64,000 nucleotides of DNA, taken from NCBI GenBank assembly GCA_947174995.1, contig CAMWLC010000004.1, positions 6,428 through 70,427 of the forward strand, written 5' to 3'. The stretch comes from an uncultured Porphyromonadaceae bacterium (lineage in GTDB: Bacteria; Bacteroidota; Bacteroidia; Bacteroidales; Muribaculaceae). The position numbers were made by a program, and so were the translations under genes. Under the pieces are notes generated by a model, which saw only the letters and a program-made list of their open reading frames with translations, made no database searches and was not told where the DNA came from. Every line of letters begins with the position of its first letter. Position 1 is the stretch's first letter. This document shows positions 16,258 to 24,958 of the stretch, piece after piece.

Positions 16258-19239
16258 TTATTTCTTGAGAACAGATGCGCCACGCAGGATGTAAACGCCT
16301 TTCGGTAGAGCAAGGAACTGCTCGCGGGTGGCCTGAGAAAGAACTCTAACTCCGGTTAGTGTATAGACATCCGTTTCCGTCCATTCTGCGTTGACTCCTT
16401 CAATCCCGGACGCGTCGGCGGAGGAGAAATGCACTGTGCCGGAATATCCATTCAACGCCGGAAGAAGCGCCATACCTATGAAATCGGATTCACCCTTGTC
16501 GCCGTTCTCAATCTCCCATGAGAAATGCCCTACCGTACCCTCGGGAGTGCCGAGATTGACTGCCAGTCTCGAATCAGCCCCTATATAATAAGGAGAGTAG
16601 GGACGATTTGTGAGGGGATCGAGAATAAGGCCGCTCACGGTGCAGTCGGCATCTGCTGTGATGGTCCAGTTGGATATGATAAACTCGCCCCAGGAGGGTT
16701 CGGCGGCGTAGAGGTTGGCCGAGGTATCCGCAGGGGAGAGGATGATTCCCTCGGGACGACCCTCATCAAAAGCCTCCTGCCAGAGCACGGGTACCTCGGT
16801 GGCGTTCACGTCGACACGCTCAAGTGCGGAGGCACTGAAGAATGTGCCGGGAGCGACAGCGGTGATGCCCGGGGGGAGCGTGACATGGGTCAGAGCATCG
16901 GCAAAAGTGAAGGCATCGGCGCGCACTTCGACGATTCTGTATCCATCGATGGATTCGGGGATATATACTTTCCCGGCGTATTCACCCTCGGCAGATGAAA
17001 TTACGGCGGCGGTCTTGTCAGCCTCCGAAATCACCTTATATGTTATGCCATCGGTCGTGCGGGACGCTCCTGTCACAATCAGCGGATGCGCCAGACCTGC
17101 GGGGGCTCCGTCGATGTCTATGGCCCAATAGTATGTGCCGGCCACCAGAGAAAGTTCAGGCGTCTGCATCTGAAGGTTGGTGACCTGCTCGGGCTGGAAC
17201 ACTATCTCCTGGGACGTGAGCGTACGGATGGTGTTGAAGTCTTTATCAAGGAGCTTCAGTGTAAGTGGCTTGGCAAGTGTCTGTGCGGAGCTGTTTTCCA
17301 CGATTATGGAGAGACGCACAGCCTCGTCGGTGGCCGTGATGAAGTTCGGGGAAATTTCTGAAACTTTAAGCCGGATGTCGGAAGAGGGGAGGGCGATGTT
17401 GGCATCGACAACTTCGAGTGCGAGTTCGGGACCGATGGGACTCTCGTCGATGTCGAAATACATATCGTAGGTGCCCGGCGCGAGAATTTCATCGGAAGTG
17501 AACTCCACTATCGTGGAACTCTTTCCGGGAAGCATCACGCGGCTCTGAAGACTGGCGATGTCGCCGAAGGGATTCTGTGAATCGGACAGCGTCATGTATA
17601 GGTTGGCGTTGAAATCGCCGTCATTCACATTGCTGACCACCACACTGATAGCTTTTGCCGTGTTGCCGTAGAGTTCGGAAGTCACCGACGGGAGTCCGAC
17701 GATGAGGCGGGGAGCGAGTGACTCGTCGGTGCCGTCGTTGGAATACGAGTAATCCGACCCCTTGACTTCAAGCGTGACATACTGCTGCACACCCGAGGGC
17801 ACCTGCACATCGTCCCAGTCGCCGTATTGGTTGCGGAATGCGGGATATACGCGGTATTTGCCGGAGGAGAGTCCGGAAGGTGTGGCCGTGATTTCCTTGA
17901 TGCCATACATGGGCTTGAGTGTCGAAGCCGCCGCCATGGGGAAATACTTGACCTCTTCCGGGTTGTCCCATGACACTACCTTGATGCCGAATGTGGCCGA
18001 GAGCTGGCGCATGAGGGGGTTGTAGATCATGAAGTAGCCACGGGGGTCATCCTCTATGACATACCGGCCGTTGCGGTAACAGAAACTGCCCGTGGAGAGG
18101 GCGGCGGTCTGATACTGAGTCTCGCCGTCGTTCTTGATGACGTTGGTGAGGATCATCTGGTTGCTGTTGTATCCTCCGGCGTATGAGCCGGTGCCACCTG
18201 TCAGGGGATTCAGCGCGGAGAGGAGGAAATATCCGTCCTGGTAGCCGCCCCAGCCCCAGTTGAAGTGGAAATATCCGTTGGCCAGATAGCCATCACACAC
18301 GAAAGCGTGTCCACCGCGGGTAGAGGAGCCGCAGTAGTACACCGGACGATTGGCAGCAAGCTCGGCGTATACCATATCGTCCCAGTCGCGCTGTCGGTGA
18401 TAGTCACGCCACTGGAGGCGTACCTTCCGGGAATAATCGAAATATTCAGTCAGGGCAATGGGGACATTCTCGGAGTATGCACCGGACTCGTAGGCGGAAT
18501 ACATCATCGAGACGCCCGCGCCACACTGACGCATAAGCTGGGCAACAGCGGCGGCCTGCACGGGAGTGTATGAGCCGGAGTAGTCGTCGATCATATTCTC
18601 CCAGTCGAGGGTAGTGCCGGAGAAGACATAGCCGTTGGCGGAGCCTTGCGGGTTGAGGGGCCACTCATAGTGGTGCATGACCTGGGCGAGGGCCGTGGCC
18701 ACGCATCCCGTCACCGAATTGCGGCCTACGGTGTAGTCGACCGGGCAGTCATTGTTATAGGGAGCACCCTGGTCCCATTGCGTCGATATGATCTGCGCGA
18801 TTGGCTCGCGGTCCTGTGTCATGGCCCTTGACACGTGGCACCCTAACTGAGGGTCAGCATCGAGAAACGCAGAGATCTGTGCCTCGTACTCACCTAACCA
18901 CCACTTCACGTTGACCGGAATATTTTCGGGGTCAAACGAGCCGTTGTCGGAGAAACCAAGCACACCGGGAAGCCTGTCGTCGGCGCTGACGATGGCGAAT
19001 CCCTGACCGTCGGGATTGTTGAAGACATAGAAACAGGTCGCGCCGGTGGGGGCAGACGCGCTGTATACCAGCTCGAGCTCGCCGGATTCGGCGGCGGGAG
19101 CGCGGTGCAGCCGCGCACTGTTCATGCGGCGGAAATCCTGCAATTCCTTGCGAGCGGCGTCGGGAGACACCGGAGCAGCCAAGGCTGACACCGCCGTGAA
19201 TCCGGCCATAAGCAGGGATAATGTAAATTTGATTTTCAT
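16258..19239 (-). CDS. C10 family cysteine peptidase (streptopain-like) with Spi-type prodomain and T9SS CTD
   Basis: The start is taken at the internal MKIKFTLSLLMAGFTAVSALA signal peptide. The prodomain block is FYVFNNPDGQGFAIVSADDRLPGVLGFS. The catalytic Cys block is GCVATALAQVMHHYEWP and the His block is GGHAFVCDGY. The CTD is DVYTLTGVRVL...GVYILRGASVLKK. Confidence 0.8.
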   Translation of the reverse strand: MKIKFTLSLLMAGFTAVSALAAPVSPDAARKELQDFRRMNSARLHRAPAAESGELELVYSASAPTGATCFYVFNNPDGQGFAIVSADDRLPGVLGFSDNGSFDPENIPVNVKWWLGEYEAQISAFLDADPQLGCHVSRAMTQDREPIAQIISTQWDQGAPYNNDCPVDYTVGRNSVTGCVATALAQVMHHYEWPLNPQGSANGYVFSGTTLDWENMIDDYSGSYTPVQAAAVAQLMRQCGAGVSMMYSAYESGAYSENVPIALTEYFDYSRKVRLQWRDYHRQRDWDDMVYAELAANRPVYYCGSSTRGGHAFVCDGYLANGYFHFNWGWGGYQDGYFLLSALNPLTGGTGSYAGGYNSNQMILTNVIKNDGETQYQTAALSTGSFCYRNGRYVIEDDPRGYFMIYNPLMRQLSATFGIKVVSWDNPEEVKYFPMAAASTLKPMYGIKEITATPSGLSSGKYRVYPAFRNQYGDWDDVQVPSGVQQYVTLEVKGSDYSYSNDGTDESLAPRLIVGLPSVTSELYGNTAKAISVVVSNVNDGDFNANLYMTLSDSQNPFGDIASLQSRVMLPGKSSTIVEFTSDEILAPGTYDMYFDIDESPIGPELALEVVDANIALPSSDIRLKVSEISPNFITATDEAVRLSIIVENSSAQTLAKPLTLKLLDKDFNTIRTLTSQEIVFQPEQVTNLQMQTPELSLVAGTYYWAIDIDGAPAGLAHPLIVTGASRTTDGITYKVISEADKTAAVISSAEGEYAGKVYIPESIDGYRIVEVRADAFTFADALTHVTLPPGITAVAPGTFFSASALERVDVNATEVPVLWQEAFDEGRPEGIILSPADTSANLYAAEPSWGEFIISNWTITADADCTVSGLILDPLTNRPYSPYYIGADSRLAVNLGTPEGTVGHFSWEIENGDKGESDFIGMALLPALNGYSGTVHFSSADASGIEGVNAEWTETDVYTLTGVRVLSQATREQFLALPKGVYILRGASVLKK

Positions 19240-19410
19240 GATTATGTCGGGTTGAACAAATGATATGTCTAAGAATGACAAAATTAATGAAAAATTGTTG
19301 GTTTCAGCAATGCAATAGGAATAAAATAGCCGGATTACCCCAAAATATCCCCGTGTGAGGATGATTTTTTTGGTTGGATGGGGGATTATGAGTAATTTTA
19401 CAATCCTATT

Positions 19411-20607
19411 ATGACACGTCAAACCATGGAGAGACATCCGGAATCCCTGTGTACGGGGATTTTCAACGACAGCTTTCCTCCGATCATGGATGGAGTGACG
19501 CTTACCGTTGACAACTATGCGCGAGGACTTCTGCGCATGGGTCTGAATCCGTGTGTCGTCACTCCATGGAATCCATGCCGCGTGGAGGTGCCGTATCAAG
19601 TGGTGAAATATTTCTCCCTTCCCATTCATAACCGCCATCCATACCGGTACGGCTACCCGAAACTGGATCCCTTCATCTGGCGTCGTCTGCGCCGGATGCC
19701 TTTCAGCATAGTTCATGCGCATTCCCCCTTTTCTGCCGGGAGACTGGGCGTGTATGTGAAGAAAAAGCAGGGTGTGCCCCTGATCGGAACGTTTCATTCG
19801 AAATACCGAGACGACCTTCGCCATTCTTTCACGGGGCCGATGTCCTGGATGGTGGATGTCATCATGAAGCGAATACTGGACTTCTTCAATGCCTGCGATG
19901 AGGTGTGGATACCGCAGGCCAAGGTGGCAGACACGGTGAGGGAATATGGATTTAAGGGGGAACTGACGGTCGTGGACAACGGAAATGACTACGCCGGCAT
20001 GGGCGATGCGGAGCTTGAACTCTATCGCCATGAGAGCCGCATGAAGCTCGGCATGACGAGCGGGGGGATGAATCTTCTTTTCGTGGGTCAGCACATATTC
20101 GAGAAGGGGACGGATGTCATAATCCGGAGCCTCGGACTGCTTCGTGACCGCACTGACCTGCGCATGGACTTCATAGGCACCGGATATGCTGCTGAAGAAC
20201 TCAAGCATCTCTCGCAGCGGGAGGGTGTGGCCGACAGGGTCCTTTTCCACGGAGTGATTCATGACCGCGAGACACTTCGCCGGCATTATGCGGCGGCAGA
20301 CCTTTTCCTCTTCCCCTCGATGTATGACAATGCCCCTATCGTGGTGCGCGAAGCCGCCGCCATGGGAACGCCGTCGGTGCTTCCTTTCGGGTGTACCGCC
20401 TCGGAAGTGATAGAGGACGGAGTCAACGGATTCCTGACGCAGAGGAGTCCCGAAGCATACGCCCGCATCATTTCACGGCTCTCCTCCGACCCTCGGGCCG
20501 TGAGGGTGGCGGCTGCCGGAGCCAGAACATCCCTGGCCCGGAGCTGGGATGACGTGGTGGAGGAGGTGGCAGACAGATACCAACATCTCATCAGACGCAA
20601 TGGGTGA
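19411..20607 (+). CDS. Glycosyltransferase family 4 (GT-B, GT1-type C-terminal domain)
   Basis: 398 aa with the N-terminal DGVTLTVDNYARGL and the C-terminal FLFPSMYDNAPIVVREAAAMGTPSV...EVIEDGVNGFL, an EX7E-like region. Confidence 0.75.
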   Translation: MTRQTMERHPESLCTGIFNDSFPPIMDGVTLTVDNYARGLLRMGLNPCVVTPWNPCRVEVPYQVVKYFSLPIHNRHPYRYGYPKLDPFIWRRLRRMPFSIVHAHSPFSAGRLGVYVKKKQGVPLIGTFHSKYRDDLRHSFTGPMSWMVDVIMKRILDFFNACDEVWIPQAKVADTVREYGFKGELTVVDNGNDYAGMGDAELELYRHESRMKLGMTSGGMNLLFVGQHIFEKGTDVIIRSLGLLRDRTDLRMDFIGTGYAAEELKHLSQREGVADRVLFHGVIHDRETLRRHYAAADLFLFPSMYDNAPIVVREAAAMGTPSVLPFGCTASEVIEDGVNGFLTQRSPEAYARIISRLSSDPRAVRVAAAGARTSLARSWDDVVEEVADRYQHLIRRNG

Positions 20608-21655
20608 CAACGGAGCAAATAAATTCAGCGCCTGGAAAGTGGTGCTCCCCATATTGATAGGGGTCACGGTGGTCGTGCTGATGTTCGTGCACGATGCCCG
20701 CAAGGAGAATCTCGAGGCCGTGTGGCACTCCCTTCACTGGGATTTCCGCACACTTCTCTGCATTGCCCTGGGTTTTGTCTTCATGTTCGGCAGGGATTTC
20801 GGCTTGAGCTGGCGATTCCGGGCGTTGACCGACAGACAGCTGCGCTGGAGCCAGGTCTTCAAGGTGGATTTCCTCTGCGAGTTCACATCCTGCGTCACGC
20901 CCTCCGCAGTGGGGGGAAGCTCGCTCGGAATGGTGTTTCTCAACAGCCAGGGAATAGAGTTCGGGCGCGCCACCACCCTGATGATGACCACGCTTTTCCT
21001 TGACGAACTTTTCTTCGTAGTGTTCTGTCCCCTGGTGTGTCTCGTCACTCCCGGACACTCGCTGTTCAGTTCGGGCGAAGCCATGTTCTCCCACGGACTG
21101 GAGCTCACTTTCTGGCTCGTATATTCCGGAATAGCGGCATGGACCGCCATACTTTTCGTCGGCATAATCCTTTATCCATCGTGGGTGAGGGGAGTACTCA
21201 GGAAGGCGACCTCGTGGAAACTCTTCCGCCGCTGGCATTCCCAGGCCTCGGCATTGGGCGACAATATGGTGGCCACCTCCAAAGAATTGCGCACTAAGCC
21301 GTTTGGCTTTTGGCTGGAGGTGTTTGGCGGCACCGCCTTGTCGTGGACATCGCGCTATCTTGTGGTCAATGCATTGTTTTTGGGATTCGTCCCCTCGGCA
21401 GACGCTGACCAGTGGCTGATATTCGCCCGGGAATTCGTGATGTGGGTGGTGCTGATGGTGAGTCCCACCCCTGGTGGGGCCGGACTCAGCGAATGGCTGT
21501 TTTCATCATATTACGGCGATCTTGTCACCTCTGCCGGACTGGCCCTGATCCTGGCCGTGTTCTGGCGTATCATATCATATTACGTGTATCTGGGCATCGG
21601 GGCCGTGCTGATGCCCTCGTGGATTAAACAGACTTACCGACGATTAAAAAAATGA
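20600..21655 (+). CDS. Flippase-like (lysylphosphatidylglycerol synthase TM-region / UPF0104) membrane protein
   Basis: The start is taken at MGDNGANKF and overlaps the GT4 stop by 8 nt. The protein is polytopic and its N-terminus resembles the UPF0104 family. The GT4 pairing is typical. Confidence 0.6.
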   Translation: MGDNGANKFSAWKVVLPILIGVTVVVLMFVHDARKENLEAVWHSLHWDFRTLLCIALGFVFMFGRDFGLSWRFRALTDRQLRWSQVFKVDFLCEFTSCVTPSAVGGSSLGMVFLNSQGIEFGRATTLMMTTLFLDELFFVVFCPLVCLVTPGHSLFSSGEAMFSHGLELTFWLVYSGIAAWTAILFVGIILYPSWVRGVLRKATSWKLFRRWHSQASALGDNMVATSKELRTKPFGFWLEVFGGTALSWTSRYLVVNALFLGFVPSADADQWLIFAREFVMWVVLMVSPTPGGAGLSEWLFSSYYGDLVTSAGLALILAVFWRIISYYVYLGIGAVLMPSWIKQTYRRLKK

Positions 21656-22404
21656 AGAAAGACGTTCTGGTGATTATTCCGGCGCGATATGCGTCAAGCC
21701 GGTTTCCCGGCAAGCCACTGGCCCGCATCGGGGGCGTGGAGATGATAGTGAGGGTGTGCCGACGCGTCAGCGAAGGGGGCTGGCCCCTGATCGTAGCTAC
21801 TGACGACACACGTATAGCTGACTGCGTGGAGAGGGCCGGATTCCGCGCTATAATGACCGATGCCGCGCATCCCAACGGTACACACCGTGTGGAGGAGGCG
21901 TTGCGTCTCTCGGGACTGACTCCGGAGATCGTAATCAACGTGCAGGGCGACGAGCCCTTCATCGCCACTGAGCAGCTCTATGCCCTTGCCGGATGCTTTG
22001 ACAATCCCGGAGTGGATATAGCCACCCTCGTCAGGAAATTTCCGGCTGACGCACCCTATTCACGGCTGGAGGATCCGGGACTGGTGAAAGTGGTGACAGC
22101 AGAAGATGGACGCGCACTCTATTTCTCGCGCAGTGTCATACCCTATCTCCGGGGTGTGGAGCGCGAGGAATGGCCGTCGAGAGGGGAATACCTCACTCAT
22201 GTGGGAGTGTATGCCTACCGGCGCGAGGTGCTGGGGCTTCTGGTCACGATGCCGCAGGGGCGTCTGGAGAAAGCAGAATCCCTCGAACAGCTCTGCTGGC
22301 TAGAAGGGGGCCTCACCATCGCCACGGCCCTCACGGATGCTCCCACCATAGGCATTGATACACCGGAGGACCTCGCCGAGGCGGAAAAGTGGCTCGCAAA
22401 ATAA
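21652..22404 (+). CDS. kdsB: 3-deoxy-manno-octulosonate cytidylyltransferase
   Basis: 250 aa with IIPARYASSRFPGKPL, NVQGDEPF and a LEQLR-like LEQLCWLE motif. Confidence 0.9.
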   Translation: MKKDVLVIIPARYASSRFPGKPLARIGGVEMIVRVCRRVSEGGWPLIVATDDTRIADCVERAGFRAIMTDAAHPNGTHRVEEALRLSGLTPEIVINVQGDEPFIATEQLYALAGCFDNPGVDIATLVRKFPADAPYSRLEDPGLVKVVTAEDGRALYFSRSVIPYLRGVEREEWPSRGEYLTHVGVYAYRREVLGLLVTMPQGRLEKAESLEQLCWLEGGLTIATALTDAPTIGIDTPEDLAEAEKWLAK

Positions 22405-22602
22405 ATTTTTGTGTGGCTAAGGTCTAAAATATTGCCGCGTCATATTGCGTATATGGCGAAAAATCACTAATTTTGCAGTCTTGAAGAGCACCCGATGCGA
22501 TATGCGGGCGCCAGCGGTCTCCCAAGCCGCCAACGAGATTGAAATTTGGGAAAAACAGGAATTGCAAATATAATCCATCAAGGTAAAAAAGAATAACACG
22601 CA

Positions 22603-24258
22603 ATGAAAAAAAGTCCGCTCCAGAGAATCAGATCCGAGTATCAGCCCAAGCTCCCCAAGGCGCTTCAGGGCCCGGTGAAACTGAAAGTAGGCGACCCAAC
22701 CCAGTCAGTGGCCGACCAGGAAGAAATCAAGTCTCTTTTCCCCAATACCTACGGTATGCCCGTAGTGGAGTTTGAGCGCGACGAAGCCCCCGAGCGCGTA
22801 GAGGAACCCTTCAACGTCGGCATCATCCTCTCCGGAGGCCAGGCGCCCGGTGGACACAATGTGGTAAGCGGCATTTTCGACGGTATCAAGAGCCTCAACA
22901 AGGAGAGCCGTCTCTATGGCTTCCTCATGGGTCCCGCAGGATTCATCAACCATCAGTATATGGAGCTCACCGCCGGCTACATCAAGGAATACCGCAACAC
23001 CGGCGGATTTGACATCATCGGTTCGGGACGCACGAAACTCGAACACCCCGATCAGTTTGATGCCGGTCTCAAGGTGCTTGAAGAGCTTGACATCAAGGCC
23101 CTCGTGATCATCGGCGGCGATGACTCCAACACCAACGCGGCCGTACTCGCCGAATATTACAAGAACAAGGGAGTGGACGTGAAGGTCATCGGTGTGCCCA
23201 AGACCATTGACGGCGACCTGAAGAACAAGTGGATCGAAACCTCCTTCGGATTCGACACCGCCTGCAAGGTTTACAGCGAGGTCATCGGCAACATCCAGCG
23301 AGACTGCAACTCCGCCAAGAAATATTACCACTTCATCAAGCTCATGGGTCGCTCCGCTTCCCATATCGCCTTGGAGTGCGCCCTCCAGACCCAGCCCAAC
23401 TACTGCATCATCTCCGAGGAGGTGCAGGCAAAGCGCATGACGCTCGACAACATCGTCAATGCCCTCTGCTACATGATTACGGAGCGTGCCAAGAACGGCT
23501 GGAACTTCGGTACTGTCCTCGTTCCCGAGGGTCTTATCGAGTTCATTCCCTCGATGAAGGCTCTTATCCAGGAACTCAACGACGTGCTTGTCGACAAAGC
23601 CGGGGATCTTGAGGGAAAGGAAGAGCTGGACAAGCTCGAGGCAATCCACAGCTTCCTCACCCCCACCAACGCCGCTCTCTTCAAATCCCTTCCCAAGGAC
23701 ATCGCGCTCCAGCTTTGTCTTGACCGCGACAGCCACGGCAACGTGCAGGTGTCGCTCATCGAGACCGAGAGCCTCATCTCCCGCATGGTGGGCGAGCGTC
23801 TCGAGCAGTTGGCACTCGAGGGTGAGTATGTGGGCAAGTTCGCCACTCAGCATCACTTCTTCGGCTATGAAGGCCGCTGCGCAGATCCGACCAACTTCGA
23901 CGCCGACTACTGCTACGCTCTGGGCTACAACGCCGCCATGCTGATCAACTCCGGCCTCACCGGCTACATGAGCAGCGTGCGCAATCTGACGGCACCCTCC
24001 GAGGAGTGGATCGCCGGCGGCATACCCATCACGATGATGATGAACATGGAGCGCCGCAACGGAAAGATGAAGCCCGTGATCCAGAAGGCTTTGGTCAACC
24101 TGAACGGCCGTCCCTATCTGAAGTTCGCCTCCATGCGTGACACCCTCATGCTGAACACCCTCTATCAGTATCCCGGCCCGATCCAGTATTTCGGCCCCTC
24201 CGAGATCTGCGACCGTCCCTCGATGACCCTCCTCCTGGAGCACGACAAGGAAATCTGA
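22603..24258 (+). CDS. pfp: Diphosphate--fructose-6-phosphate 1-phosphotransferase (PPi-PFK)
   Basis: 551 aa with GIILSGGQAPGGHNV, IGGDDSNTNA, PKTIDGDL and MGRSASH motifs, and a length typical of long PPi-dependent PFKs. Confidence 0.85.
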   Translation: MKKSPLQRIRSEYQPKLPKALQGPVKLKVGDPTQSVADQEEIKSLFPNTYGMPVVEFERDEAPERVEEPFNVGIILSGGQAPGGHNVVSGIFDGIKSLNKESRLYGFLMGPAGFINHQYMELTAGYIKEYRNTGGFDIIGSGRTKLEHPDQFDAGLKVLEELDIKALVIIGGDDSNTNAAVLAEYYKNKGVDVKVIGVPKTIDGDLKNKWIETSFGFDTACKVYSEVIGNIQRDCNSAKKYYHFIKLMGRSASHIALECALQTQPNYCIISEEVQAKRMTLDNIVNALCYMITERAKNGWNFGTVLVPEGLIEFIPSMKALIQELNDVLVDKAGDLEGKEELDKLEAIHSFLTPTNAALFKSLPKDIALQLCLDRDSHGNVQVSLIETESLISRMVGERLEQLALEGEYVGKFATQHHFFGYEGRCADPTNFDADYCYALGYNAAMLINSGLTGYMSSVRNLTAPSEEWIAGGIPITMMMNMERRNGKMKPVIQKALVNLNGRPYLKFASMRDTLMLNTLYQYPGPIQYFGPSEICDRPSMTLLLEHDKEI

Positions 24259-24280
24259 CTATAAAACTCCACGATACTCA

Positions 24281-24318
24281 AAACCGTCACATTCGCCTAA
24301 ACGCGAATGTGACGGTTT
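24281..24318 (+). terminator. Hairpin terminator after pfp
   Basis: AAACCGTCACATTCGC-CTAAAC-GCGAATGTGACGGTTT forms a 16-bp stem followed by CCTTT. Confidence 0.75.
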
Positions 24319-24323
24319 CCTTT

Positions 24324-24631
24324 AGTAGAGGAGACTTCCAGCCTCCTCAAATCAGCAGCGAAATTTAGAAAGGAGGGTGGAAGCCTCCTCTACTTTATGT
24401 TGCGAAATTGTTAAACTTTGGGGGTTGGTTCAACCGATTTTGTGGGAGGTACGTTACACTGATACAAAAGCAAGAAATCGTTTCATGATGTTAGGTTAGT
24501 TAGTTAGAAAAGTATTATGGAAAACACTGACAGAGGGCCCGCTGCGAAGCGGGCCCTTTGCCGTCACAGTAGAGGAGGCTTCCAGCCTCCTTGCATCCGG
24601 CAGTGCAAGTAGAGGAGGCTTCCAGCCTCCT
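24324..24631. repeat. Cluster of four copies of the 24-nt hairpin motif AGTAGAGGAGGCTTCCAGCCTCCT
   Basis: Copies lie at 24324-24347 (one substitution), 24371-24394 (inverted, one substitution), 24568-24591 and 24608-24631 (identical direct copies). Each contains an AGGAGGC/GCCTCCT stem. Confidence 0.85.
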
Positions 24632-24632
24632 T

Positions 24633-24830
24633 ATAAGTAGTTCTCAAAAATTAATGAATACATAAAACTTAGATGTTTTTGAGGCGATTCGGGTGCGGAA
24701 TGAGGGAGAATACGTATGTATTCGACTGAATGACAAATCCGAAGCGGCCAAAAACAGCAAGTTTTATGATTCAAGATTTTTCTTGAAATACTTTGAAATA
24801 TATGTCGTTTAATTTTTGAGAACTACTTAT
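24633..24830. mobile_element. TIR element, diverged copy D (198 bp)
   Basis: ATAAGTAGTTCTCAAAAATTAA ... TTAATTTTTGAGAACTACTTAT is a perfect 22-bp inverted repeat. The interior aligns with copies A-C, and substitutions in the stems are paired (see findings). Confidence 0.8.
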
Positions 24831-24873
24831 TCATTTTTTGGATGAAACAGCGTGGATTTGCCAAAAAAATTCG

Positions 24874-24881
24874 TAATTTTG
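24874..24881 (+). promoter_or_regulatory. -7 box (TAATTTTG) upstream of the WG-repeat/caspase gene
   Basis: Matches TAnnTTTG, 78 nt upstream of the ATG at 24959. Confidence 0.4.
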
Positions 24882-24958
24882 CAGATTAAAACATATATGA
24901 CGTTATCGCAGGGAAGAGTTTTCATGTCCCGGAGCGATATTTACATGGACCTGCATCT

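Noticed and set aside
19240-20286. N-terminal 349-aa extension of the C10 protease ORF (the track gives 1342 aa)
   Set aside because: The extension runs antisense through the GT4 gene and the promoter region. A canonical signal peptide (MKIKFTLSLLMAGFTAVSALA) begins at the internal Met at 19239.
22705-24243. 512-aa ORF antisense to pfp
   Set aside because: It exactly mirrors a gene with strong, motif-rich homology (PPi-PFK). Its translation is low-complexity (rich in G, V, A, H and E) with no recognisable motif. This is the typical open antisense frame of a GC-rich, codon-biased gene.
24568-24631. CRISPR-like appearance of the identical 24-nt repeats
   Set aside because: There are only two direct copies with a 16-nt spacer, and the other copies are inverted or scattered at gene 3' ends. 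No cas genes are present. The motif behaves like a REP or terminator hairpin.
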